NCBI GenBank assembly: GCA_051294375.1
Contig: CM119271.1
Span: forward strand, 15,134,770 to 15,198,769
DNA length: 64,000 nt
Source: Paraspadella gotoi
Taxonomy: Eukaryota; Animalia; Chaetognatha
Direction: 5' to 3'
Shown here: in pieces, positions 1 through 11,019 of the stretch
How positions within the stretch are numbered: position 1 is the stretch's first letter
Layout: each line of letters opens with the position of its first letter
Notes under the pieces: model-generated
The model's input: the letters and a program-made list of their open reading frames with translations, nothing else
Databases searched by the model: none
What the model was told of the DNA's origin: nothing
Made by a program: the position numbers and the translations under genes

Positions 1-631
1 TTTTCAAGTTACAAGTTGCTACTAAAACCGAGTTTTTGTTTGGTTTTTAAAAAAAGTAGAAATATCTGTCAAGAAAAAAAAGTTAATAAACCCGTTTATT
101 TTCTCTTTGCTAATCCATCATTAAGTCAAAGAATTTTTCCTGTAATAAAAGAATTGAGAATGATCAGCTAGATTTCGCAACTCGTGACTAGACGAAATGG
201 CGCTGCATGAAATTTGAAAAGAGTTCTCTGCTTTAAATTGCACTCAGGAGCTGCGAGTTTAGGAGAACAGACAAAACGAAAAAATTGAAAGAAAATATAA
301 TAAAGACAAAAGATGATGCGGTTTTTGTGGTTCAGCAAAGCGTCGCTTCGCTTTCCATTTCGCTTCACACGCCGGAAGAACTATGCAAATATGGTAATTA
401 AATCAATTGACCGCTCGATCAGCGATGCTAAAAATTTTTTTTTCAAAACTAAGTTAAAAATTTTGTTTGCAGTTGAATGTTTCGGGTCACAAAAAAGTGT
501 ACCATTAACATGATTTTAGCTCGGGAGTTTCGCCCATCCCTTTGGTTTACTTTACATATTATTTAAACATTTTAAACAATTTTAACGATGGATGAAACCT
601 CATTGACGGCCTTTTGTCGAGTCCGACATCC

Positions 632-1130
632 ATGCCCGCCTCTTCCTCAACATCTTCCCTGATCCTCCTCATTCTCGCCATCTGCTTAACCTCTTCCTCC
701 GTCGTCTCTTCGGCGGATGTGGTCTACTGGTCTTGATTGGGGAGGACGACGACCCAAAGGACGCCGCCTGGATGGTGCCGATTGTCGGCCGTCCCAAGTC
801 GCCTTTAAACAACAACGCCGCCTTTCGCCAAACTATCCGCATCGACCGCTTCTTCCGACAAGACCCACACGACGCCGCTAGTCGGCACCGCCGCTTAAAG
901 GCGTCAAAGGCGCCCTGCAGACGGGTGGCGCTGTATGGTCGCCGCCGTCGCCGTCTCTTCGTCCGTCACCCGAGATCCGGGATCCGGTTTCAAGCGGCCC
1001 GGGCTTGCCGTCGTATCGACGGAAAAGACGCCACAATACCGCAAACCGGCGTCCGGAACGACGCCGCGTCGCACGTACCTCAGTCCGACACCGCCACTGT
1101 AATTTGGCGTCGCGTGAAGCCACGTTATGA
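632..1130 (+). CDS. Putative small single-pass membrane or secreted protein, frameshifted in this assembly
   Basis: ATG 632 gives MPASSSTSSLILLILAICLTSSSVVSSA (signal-peptide-like). GC-rich coding-like composition runs to ~1130. With several indel corrections a hydrophobic segment (~ALQTVALMVAAVAVFVV) and a basic tail (RRKRR...EATL*) appear. AATAAA at 1240. No family recognised. Confidence 0.4.
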
Positions 1131-1982
1131 GTTGGCGACTGTCCGTTTGATCAAACTTTTATCCGTCATTCTATATATCCGTTCGCCTGTCTGCCTTTTC
1201 TTTTTTGTTAGACTTGGATCATGTTTTTCACGCTTATTCAATAAAGTTTGTTTAATTATTTATATTGAGATGAACAATAAGTAAGTTGGCCTTCACGCGA
1301 CATTTGTCTCTTTCCTGCAAAGGTAAATCTCCGGCTGAAAAGGACTTTTGGGATGACCCCTGGAGACATATGGGGCAAATGAAAAGTTCCAAAGGCCAAG
1401 ATTCAAACATGGGTCATGCAGAGCCTCTCTTAACTTGGTCGATTCTAAAAGAGAAAGAATATTTACGTAATTTTCATATGATTGTTAGAAACATTCTAAC
1501 GCTGCAGTCACTGGTAAACCGACGGGTTAATTGTATTTATATTCGTATTTTTATGTATCATTGTATCTATTGTAAAAGAAAGTCTGGTAAAGAATGTCTT
1601 TTTTTTTTCCCCGTCTGTGTATTTCTTAAGAAAAGACAAGGACCAATTTATTAATCCGAAAATTTTATCTAGTTAGTTATTTTGACAAACTATTTTTCGG
1701 GAAAGACAATTTTACGATGTTTAAGACGAGATTTTTCTCCAATAAAAGTAAACGATTGTGGCCGATTGAAGAGACGAGACTGATGGAAGCCTTGAACCGT
1801 TGCAGCAAGAAAGGCAAAGGCGAAAGAAGAGGAAACAGAAGGTTATTTCATTTTTGAAATTTTTTTGTAGATTCGTTTTGTTAAATGCTACTTTTTTGAA
1901 CGCTCACATCAACTATGCTATTTTGAATTGTACTTTTTAAAGTTCGTTCAGAGTATGCGCGTGCAGTGATAAAAAAGCCCCT

Positions 1983-2231
1983 GTGTGGTGGATATTTCAC
2001 ACCACTCACGTCCACGATCATTCAGCCAATACCGTTGGCTCAGAGGGGGGAACACACATCCCAGGCGTTTGTGTTTCCATCCGCTGTCCTAACGCTTCCT
2101 CTCCGTTGCAAAGCGAGACCGTCCTAGGGTAACGCGCCAGTGACTGGAGGCGTCACTGAGGGTCGGAAGCCCAAAGTCAAACGTGAGATGCCCCATCCCA
2201 ATGGGATCACAGACAACCGACTGTTGCCATA
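1983..2231 (+). repeat. ~250 bp GC-rich interspersed repeat (SINE-like or LINE 5'-end-like)
   Basis: Aligns by eye along its length to the reverse complement of 60546-60799; contains the hairpin CAGTGAC-tggaggc-GTCACTG. Confidence 0.75.
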
Positions 2232-2825
2232 CCTAGTGTTCCGATAACGTTAAAGTTAACGGTTTAACGTTTAATTATAATTTTAAATTAACGTTAATAT
2301 ATTTATTTTTAACGGTCAAATACGATTTTTGTTATTATTTGTTAGGAAATCTTTTGATTTTTAAAAAGAAAAATATTTTTTCCCGTCCTCTCTTATTCTC
2401 CTCTCCCTCTCTTACATATTTTCCTCCTCTCTCTCTTCTTCATTTTTTCATGTTTTTTTTCATCTTTTCTTATCAAACCCAATCTTTTTTCTATCCTAAT
2501 CTTCTTATTCTTTCTTCTCCTAACTTTATACCCTTAATGTTCCTTTCTTTTTCTTTCTTCCCTCTTCTTTCCCCTCTTCTTTTCTCCCCTTTCNNNNNNN
2601 NNNNNNNNNNNNNNNNNNCTCCCCTAACTTATACCCTTAATGTTCCTTTCTTTTTCTTTCTCTCTTTCCCTCTTCTTTCCCCCTTTCTTTTCTCTCCTTT
2701 TTTTTCTGCCCTTCCAGTATTTTTTTTACTTTCTACCATTTTTTTTTCTTTCAACTAATTTTATGCATTTACATCTTAGAGACAAAGTTTGAATAATTGG
2801 CAATAACGATTTATTTTCAAGTTGA

Positions 2826-2868
2826 AAACGTACATGTTTCGGCTTTTTTACAAGCCTTCTTCAGCGTC
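2826..2868 (-). ncRNA. Minimal type I hammerhead ribozyme motif (opposite arm)
   Basis: Reverse complement reads gacgCTGAAGAaGGCTTgtaaaaAAGCCGAAAcatGTAcgttt, with a perfect stem II. Confidence 0.7.
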
Positions 2869-2999
2869 AATTTAGTTTGTGAAAATATTAGACAGATTTT
2901 GTGTAGAAGGGAGAGAGAGAGAGAGAGAGGCAAAGTTTCTCTGTTTCTCTCTCTCTCCCATCTCTACACAAAATCTGTACTAATATTTTACAACTAATT

Positions 3000-3042
3000 G
3001 ACGCTGAAGAAGGCTTGTAAAAAAGTCGAAACATGTACGTTT
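3000..3042 (+). ncRNA. Minimal type I hammerhead ribozyme motif
   Basis: gacg-CTGAAGA-a-GGCTT gtaaaa AAGTC-GAAA-c-at-GTA-cgtt: CUGANGA core, stem II, GAAA, palindromic stem III (ACATGT), GUA cleavage triplet, stem I GACG/CGTT. Confidence 0.7.
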
Positions 3043-3235
3043 TCATCTTGAAAATAAATTGTTGTTGCCAATTATTTTTCAAACTCTCTTAATCTTTAAT
3101 CACAACGGAAGAAAGGATTACATAACACAATGCATTTACATCAAAGAATATTTTGAAATATAATATATATGCAAATAACTACATGTATATATTACATACA
3201 GTATATTATACATAATATCTTACAAAAATCTTCAT

Positions 3236-3461
3236 AAAATTAGCTCCTTTTATTATGATTAGTGGATAAATAAGATACCCAATAATTACTTCGTGTCTTT
3301 CCTCTTACACTGAAATTTCACTTCATTGATGGAAGCCGGCTCTGATATAACGAGACTGTAGAAGTCGAGAATTCAGGACGAGTAATCTAAAGATGGGCAA
3401 CCACAAAGCCTGTCAACAGTCAGGGCAAGCTTTATTTGTTTTATATTTTGTACAATTTCAT
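3236..3461 (-). mobile_element. Garbled copy of ~330 bp repeat family A, absent from duplicate copy 2
   Basis: Recognisable family A blocks (cttcattgatggaagcc, caaagcctgtc, gtacaatttcat); the site near 17835 is empty. Confidence 0.65.
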
Positions 3462-4313
3462 GAAAACTTTTATTATATTTGTTATTAAAAAAAATAATAT
3501 ATTCGTTTTCTTCCTTTTCTTTCCCTCTTAGAACGAACAAAGAGCAAATGAAATAAAACCGATGATGAAAAAAGGTAATAAAAAATTAAAATTAATAATA
3601 GAAGAAGGAATCTTTAAAAAAACTTAAGGCTAACTAAAAATATCCTTCAATGATGAAATACTTTTTAATAAAACGGGGAAAAAAAATTATTAATCAATAA
3701 ATTTTTTGATCAATATCTCAATCGATAAACCATTCAATCATAAACTAATATCATATTTTATATTTATAATTATGGTCATGGTTTATGAAAGACTAACAAC
3801 TAGAAAAATAATGAGGAAGAGAAATAGAGAAAGAAAAAGAGAAAGCGAAAGAGAGAACGAGAAAACTTAATATAAAATTAGAATTACATTAAGGCTTTTC
3901 CTTCTTTGACTTTTTTTATATTGTATTATGCTTAAGGCAAAAGAAAAAACTTGTATGCAAGATTTATCATGTGATTATTTGATTAGCATAATTGATAAGC
4001 TCAATATATCATGGGTATTTTCAAGATAGTTTGCTCAAAAAAAATTTTTCTTTACTAACTATAATGTGTACCTCCTCTATCTGAATAGAAGATAAAGAAG
4101 GTTTAGGAGCCAGAGTTAAAGAGAAAATTACCATTAAATACTTTAGTTTGTTTTAAATATTAGTATTTTAAATTTAAAGTAATTATAAAATTAACCGATT
4201 TTAACGGTTTAACCGTTAAAAATGTTAGTTTTAACGGTTAGCGAATTTCCTAAATAATAAAAATACCTCCTGATTAGTAATGGTTGCCCTTTTCCGCGCT
4301 TAATCCAAATTCG

Positions 4314-5135
4314 TTTTTAGTCGGTCTGCTAATCAGCAGATCCCGATTCTATAATTCACTTTGTCGGTTCGTCGGCCGCCGGTCCGCCCGCCCCTCAATA
4401 TGTCGGGCACACTGCTTATATCATGTCAGAAACATCGTTTTATGATAAATTATGCAAAAAAAAAATGTCCGTACGTCCGTCCGTCCTCCACCTTAGCAAA
4501 AAACACTAATTACTCGGATTGGATGGATGGATTTGAATTCAAATTTTGTGTGTGGGTAGGGAAGTGTTGTGATTGAGCTGGATATGAAGTTTCGATGGAT
4601 CGTCCGAGTGAAATGAGTTTAAATTGAAAAAAAAAAAAATATATTTAACTATTTGAAACCAATTGCTCATGAGTGGATGGGGCGATTGACACTAGATTTC
4701 TGTATTGGGTGGAAAGTGTGTGATTGATCAGGAAATCAGTTTCGATGGGAATGGTTTGAGTGGAAATGACGTTTAAATGGAAAAAAAACAAAAAACTGGT
4801 TTCACTATTATGATTAGTGCTTCTTTCTATTTATATTAAATGATAAATGCAGATGTATTAAAAAATCAAATAATAATCTGTTAATTATCATTAGTCAATT
4901 AATTATCATAATTAATTCAGTAATCAATCAAGTCAATCGTTATCAGCCTATATTTTCATCGATCTGTTCATTGCTTCTGTTTGTGGTTAGTGACGAAAAG
5001 ACGCTATAAATTACAACATTTGATCAAATTTAAGATAATTCAATTAATTAATTAACTTGATTATTTAATTATTAAATTAATATAATTTACCGATAATGAC
5101 GTGGGCAGATTCAGCATTGTTTGCTTAAATTTGTT
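4314..5135 (+). mobile_element. DINE-1/HINE-like (Helentron-associated) non-autonomous element
   Basis: T-rich start, subterminal inverted repeat gtcgg(a)tctgc...gcagatcccga, (GTCC)n microsatellite, ~150 bp internal tandem units, and 3' gcagat...ttgtttgct..aa.ttgtt end. Confidence 0.75.
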
Positions 5136-5187
5136 AAAATAGTATTTCCATACAGTGTTAAGCACTGTATACAGTATACAGTTATTA

Positions 5188-5577
5188 CAAGAAGGCTTCA
5201 TATTATAAAATGTGGTACCCCTTTTTTGACCAGAACACGTTACCAGAAAGCCCTACTGGTCCAAAATTTATTTGAAATTTGTATATGAACAATACCTTAT
5301 GTGAAATATATAAAAACATCGAGAACTATTACCCCGAGCTGAAACAGAATTCAAGTCAGTTTTGGAATATATTAGGAGAAATTGGAAGTAAAAACTGATG
5401 AATTTTTAATTTTTAAAATGTTTTTTTATCATGTTTAAAACAATGCACCTGATTACACTAATAAAAATCTTAAAAAATGAGAAAAGAAATTTTATTAGGT
5501 TTTTTTGCGCCCCCCAGGTCCACCCCAAGATTTTGGTAAAATAAGGGGTACCACATTTTAATAATATGAGCCTTCTG
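5188..5577. mobile_element. Tc1/mariner-type MITE
   Basis: ~45 bp TIRs (gaaggcttcatattataaaatgtggtaccccttttttgacc and its complement) flanked by TA. Confidence 0.75.
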
Positions 5578-5624
5578 TATAGTAACGGGTGTATAACTGG
5601 TGGCAGGAATCCTAATGCGCCGCC

Positions 5625-5850
5625 CATTATTAGCTTTGGTGGAAACTCAGCTCGTCCCATTGGCGTTGACAGCTAGTAATCGTTCACCAAACCGAATCCG
5701 GGTTTCAATCCCCTCACGGGTCACGCTGGTAATCTGTGATGGTGTCGGTATTTTAATATATGGACATGGTGTGGGTCAGTGTGGTCACTGCATTCCAAAG
5801 CCCCTTAGCGCCAGCTGTGGGGAGATACTAACACCCCGGTATCACCCATG
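5625..5850 (+). mobile_element. tRNA-like SINE family 2
   Basis: B-box-like gggtttcaatcccc; homologous to the reverse complement of 15710-15972 and 30350-30582. Confidence 0.6.
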
Positions 5851-6137
5851 TTCTGTAGTCGGCATAGCATAAGTTCACCCGCCTCTATGCATGGACACCT
5901 TCAGTCCTGACCGGTGGCTCATGAGTAAAGCCATCAGCTCATGACCACTAGTACCGGGTTCAATCCCAACCCGGTACCTACCCTGCGGGAAGTGTGAGAC
6001 GGCCGTTAAGCCGCCTTGGGGGAGGTGGAAAACCCTCTAGCCTGGTTCCAAGCCCAGGACCCGTTCGTAGCTGCTAAGAGGGGTTAAAGAAGTTACGGAT
6101 AGTCATCTTCAGCCCACTTAGCGCCTTATCCACATTC
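5851..6137 (+). mobile_element. tRNA-like SINE family 1, present only in duplicate copy 1
   Basis: A-box-like ggtggctcatgagt and B-box gggttcaatccc; homologous to the reverse complement of 36990-37193; absent at 20980 (catgtctacccg). Confidence 0.65.
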
Positions 6138-6260
6138 TACCCGTTGTCATAAATAAACGCTTATTTCCCACGTCGTCCCTGCATCTCGCATTTTAACACA
6201 ACCACTCTCAACTCCTTCGGTTACACTCCAATCCCCCCCCCTTAACCCTCCCCTTAAAAG

Positions 6261-8330
6261 TGGCGCGAGTCTCTCCTCCGTCAACGCGAAATCTTCGCTG
6301 CGTCTCCGCGATCTCAACCGCCTCAAACAGCGAAAGACGCGCGCGAGGAGGCGCTGTCGACGGGCGGAGCCGCGTCAGCAGGCGACGTCCGCGCACGAGG
6401 CAGAAGTCGCTCTAACCGCTCCCTCGCCGCCAAATAGCCGCCGTCGATCGAGGCGATTGAGCCGCGGCGAGAGGGAAGGGTGCCGGGCGCGGAGAGGCGC
6501 GCGCGGAGCGCCGGGATCTGCTGGCAGGAGATGAAGTCCTTCGTCCGCGAAGAGGAGCAAGCGGAGGAGGAGATTCGCGTTTCCGGGAGGAATCGAGAGA
6601 AGAGGATTCGCCGTCGTGGACGAGGAGTGCGAAGTTGAGGAGAGATGGAGAAGATGAGCCTCAGGTTGGTCGAGTTGAGAATGGAGATAATTAAATCATC
6701 ACGCATAAAACGGGGTAAAACCGAAAAAGGAATAGTTAGGAGCCGACGTCGTTCTTAGAGATCGAAGAAGATATTTTTTCATGGTAGATTTTCGTTCAAA
6801 TCCGACTACCAAACAATATAAACGTTCCTGGGAAAAATCCGGTAAAAAATCGATGTAAAAAACACAGTGTTTAACACTTGATTCCGATCCTGTTGTATCT
6901 GAAGGCTCGCATTTTTTTTCTCTTGTCATTAACATCTTGATATCAAACAAGCCAGAACAAATAGACTGGTTTGGACGAAAATTTTCTGTCTCTGATTTAT
7001 ATAGAAACGAAAGGGATTTTTTTACTTGAAAACGATATAAACGTGACTATTGACTAAGATGTGTTCCTGTTCAAACAAATTACGTCCAATTTTTCGGTTC
7101 CGAAGATTTTGGTTATAATTTTTATATTATGGTCGGATTTTTTAGAAACTTAATATTAACAATATTGCCATCATTCTACCTTGGCCGGTATAAGAATATA
7201 TTAAAAAACCTCTGGCTTTGTTCTTCAGAGTTAGTCCTAAATAGTTTTAACGTTTACCATGTTGGAATTCGCGATTTATCTTTCTTTCGTTTTATTAATT
7301 TTTCCTGAAACAAATTTTTCGTTCGCATACGGCGAATTCAAGAGGATGAAAAGACCTTTCACTGGTTACTGAAATTCATGGATATGTCTCACGGTATGGC
7401 CGCACGAAATTAAATCTTGAAAATCCTTAAGAAAGAATTAACTGTTTTTACTTTTCTTTTTGGTTTATGTCTTTTTATCATAATTTTAGATCTCCCAATG
7501 TTCTGATGACTCTGGTTTGACGCGGCAACTATACTTATCAGGATGTTTGCTGAAAAAGTTTTTGACAAATTTTGATCTGCAAAGAGTGAAAACTCTGCCG
7601 AAAGTCTCTCTCTCTCCTCTCTGATTTCACCCTACTCATCTGCTTCATCCCTCCTAGGACTAAGCTCTGTCGAAAAAAGCCAGAGTTTTTTTAATATATT
7701 CTTTTACCGGCCAATGTAGAATGTTATTGTAAGTTTCAAAAAAATCCGCTCACAAATATAGAAAATAAAAAATCGGAAAATCCACCCCTTTGGAAGAATT
7801 TTGCCATAGAAAAATTTATTTTTCTTAACTGTTTTCGCTTCGTTTTCTTTGAACGATGACTCGCTTTATACTAATATCGCGGGGCCATCGTACAGAACGG
7901 AAGAATTTGGAGAACGCCGAGATGGAACCGGATATTACGTTAGCCGGTCAGCCATTACGATTGGCGATTGGTTGAGATTAGTGGGCGATAGCTCTTTGAA
8001 TCCCGACGCTGGCATTCCTTATCGGAGAAGTCAAAACGCCTGAAACTTAGTATGGTTGTGAAAAACTAAAACTATTTTAATGTCCGAATCGACATTTTAT
8101 TCTATAAAAAAAAACACTTGGCCTTCCCCTCTCCCAGACCAACGCCGGCGACGCCGAGTTCGGGCCAACCGACGCGAAGAACGCCGCGGAGGCGCTGGAA
8201 TGCGGCGCACGGTGGCGGTGGCTGCGGCGGAGCTGTCGAAGACGTTAAGGAGAAGAGAAGAAGAGAGAAGCGGCGAGGAGGAAATTGAAGGAATTGAGGA
8301 AGAAGAGAGGGAGTGGGGATGGAGAATTGA
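6261..8330 (+). CDS. Coiled-coil protein, 3' exons (6261-6664, 8138-8330), copy 1 with indels
   Basis: AG/GT-bounded GC-rich exons encoding E/R/K/A-rich helical sequence. A possible first exon lies at ~1783-1840 (MEALN...KAKAKEEETE). Confidence 0.6.
7123..7760. mobile_element. Intronic foldback/MITE-like element (duplicate at ~22050-22670)
   Basis: ~110 bp imperfect inverted repeats, 7123-7239 versus 7655-7760. Confidence 0.55.
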
Positions 8331-8711
8331 TTTTGTGAAATAGATGGGAGGAGAATTGATTTTGGAGGAGGAGGGGGAGAAATTGATTTTGGAGGTGGAT
8401 GGGGAGAAAGGGATAGAGAGATATTAGAGAAAGGAAAAAAGAGCTGGTTGATTATATGTTATAACTAAGACGATATTGTTGTCATTTGAACTTAGTAAAA
8501 GAAAAAACTGTGCGTCTTTGCGAAGAATCCGATGACTGGATTTTGTTTATTCCCGTTTGTTTACCTTTTTGTTTTCGCCCTGTTCGCGGATTACAATCAA
8601 ATAACACTTGTTGTTTTAATGATTTCGTTCAATTGATTATTCATCCCTTGCTTATTGATGTTTCATGAGATATTAGATTTAATCGGGACTCGAAATGAGA
8701 TAATGATGATA

Positions 8712-9034
8712 ATGAAATTGGTACAACCCAATATAAAAATTATCCATCTCATTTAATAAATAAGCTATCTTGCCCCTGACTTTGGACAGGCTTTGGTGGT
8801 TTAAGGCCTCCATCACTCTTACAGATAATGACATAGCAGGTCCCTGCAGCTTTTCAATCAGACATCTCTCACAGTCTCATGTTTATTCATCCCAGAGTAC
8901 CTGGCTTCCCTATCAATGAAGTGGTATAATATTTCAAAGAATGTTTCAATTGTATGAAGACCATCCCTCAAGTATTAATCGGGAAATACCTATTGTACTC
9001 GCACTGCATCAAAATACAAGGAGCTGAATTTTAT
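8712..9034 (+). mobile_element. Repeat family A (~330 bp, short imperfect TIR ATGAAATT/AATTTTAT)
   Basis: Near-identical to 23733-24059, 14995-15325 and the reverse complement of 47535-47801; fragments at 13270, 16620, 28245, 29971, 31220, 51068, 56062 and 60313. Confidence 0.8.
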
Positions 9035-9130
9035 GAAATATGTTACTCACTCGGACATTTCCGAACAATCGTATTACAATAGCGCAGTTATGCACTAGCC
9101 GAGATCGAGATGGATTTGGTAAGTAGTTTT

Positions 9131-9923
9131 TTTTTAGTCGGATCTGCTTTCAGCAGATCCCGACTCTATAATTCACTTGTCGGTCCGTCGGTCCACCCCC
9201 TCAATATTGTCGGGCACTCACTTATATCATGTCAGAACATCGAATTATGATAAATTATGCAAAAAACAATGTCCGATCGTCCGTCCTGTCTGTCTGTCCG
9301 TCTTCCGTCCGTCCCACCTTAGCAAAAAACGCAATTACTCGTGATTGTAGTGATGGATTAGAAATGAATTTTTTGTGTGGGTAGGAAGTGTGTGATTGAG
9401 CTATATATGCAAGTTTCGATGGAATTTTCGAGTAGAAATGCAGTATCTAAATGGAAAAAACAAAAAAATATATTTCACTATTTTAAACACAATTATTCAT
9501 GAGTGGATAGGGGATTGACTTGAAATTTTGTATTTGGGTAGAAAAGTGTGTGATTAAACTGGAAATCAAGTTTCGATGGAATCGTTTGAGTGGAAATGAG
9601 TTTAAATGGAAAAAAAACAAAGAACCTATTTCACTAATTGATTATGCTTCTTTTCTTTTTATTTAATGTAAATGCAAGATGTAATTAATTAATCAAATAA
9701 TTAATCAGTCAATTAGTCAATAAAATCCAATAATTAATTTATCAGTCAATTAATCAATCAAAACAAACTTTCTGATCAATTAATTAATTAATTGCCTAAT
9801 TAAATTTAATAATTAACTGAATAAATAAATTATTAATTAATTAAAAAATTAATTAACTTGATTAATATTAATTAATTACCGATAATGATCGTGGCAGATC
9901 CGACATTGTTTGCTCACTTGTTT
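9131..9923 (+). mobile_element. DINE-1/HINE-like element
   Basis: Same architecture, with GTCY microsatellite and 3' subTIR gcagatccgac. Confidence 0.78.
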
Positions 9924-11019
9924 AGCATAAGTTTACTTTCGCCGACCGGGTTAGAGGGGATTAAGGTGGTTTTGGGTTAGGGGTCGTTATTTTTTGTAAT
10001 ATGTTAAGTTTTTAAGTTTCCTTTTATCATTTATTTTCGATTTTTTTTTCTTTCCTTTCTTTCTCGTGATTTCACGCCCCCTGTCTCACAAATTCCTAGC
10101 CTCCTTCCCCCCGCTCCCGCTCCCTGACGTCACATCTACCTCGTTGTCCACTCGATCCTACTCGTTGGCATTGATAGATTAATATTATTATTATTATTAT
10201 AGATCCTACTCGTTGCATTTGATAGATTATTCGATATAAGACTCGACAAATGAAAGGTAAGTGCAAAAAAATGTCACCTCGAATAAAGGGTGATCTAATC
10301 CTTTTTCGGCCTCTAACCTTTCGAAGTCAATAAAGTATTACCGCAGTTTTACCGGCATTCAAAATATTCGAAATCTTAATAGTATTTCTCGATTCTGTGT
10401 ATACGTTGAGCGTGCTAAAATTTAAACAATTTTTGCTATTATACCCAATGGGATGAAAAGAGAAGAAGATACTGGTTGTAGCGGGACATTAACCGCCTCA
10501 ATGCCAGTTACAAATGGTTACATAATCGGTCGTATCCATTAATTAATCAATGAAGTAAATTATTCTTTCCGTTGACATTCCATTAATCTATTAATCCGTC
10601 AACTTCCTTCCTTTTTCAATCCGCCCCCTCATTCCCCCCCCTTCCGCCTCTTTGCGTCGATCCCCTTCGAAAGGGGGCGACACGGCCGACCGCTTAAATG
10701 TGTCGCAAATCGATGATTCTTGTGTCGCAAATCGTCTGCTCTGTCGACGCAACGCGGGCACAGTGGAAAATGAGTATCGACGATGCACAGTGGAATTGAG
10801 CGGCGAAACCTCGGAACAGTGCAAATTGAGTGGCATCGATTGCTTGGGGGGAAGGTGGTCGAAAAATAAGGGTGCACAGTTGATTAGATGTAGTAAAAAA
10901 AAACACGCCTGAATAAAAGTTAGCTATGGCTTTTTTCGTAAGTCATATTAGATGGACCCCGCTAAAAATAACATTGAACAAGCTTTAATGGCTAAGTGGA
11001 GAACAACGCCTTTATTAAA

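Larger units (their letters stand above)
2776..3129. mobile_element. Palindromic Penelope-like (inverted pLTR) insert with two hammerhead motifs
   Basis: ~150 bp inverted arms (2785-3087) around a (GA)n/(TC)n centre; flanked by the 13 bp direct repeat ATGCATTTACATC (2763-2775, 3130-3142). Confidence 0.7.

Noticed and set aside
2797-3082. Similar ORFs on opposite strands (66 and 64 aa)
   Set aside because: A consequence of the palindrome; no coding evidence.
2235-4252. Large hAT-like element with taacgg-rich ends
   Set aside because: Ends only weakly complementary, no TSD found, and it spans an N-gap.
5910-5970. Functional tRNA gene
   Set aside because: Has A/B-box-like motifs but no complete cloverleaf; part of a dispersed SINE-like repeat.
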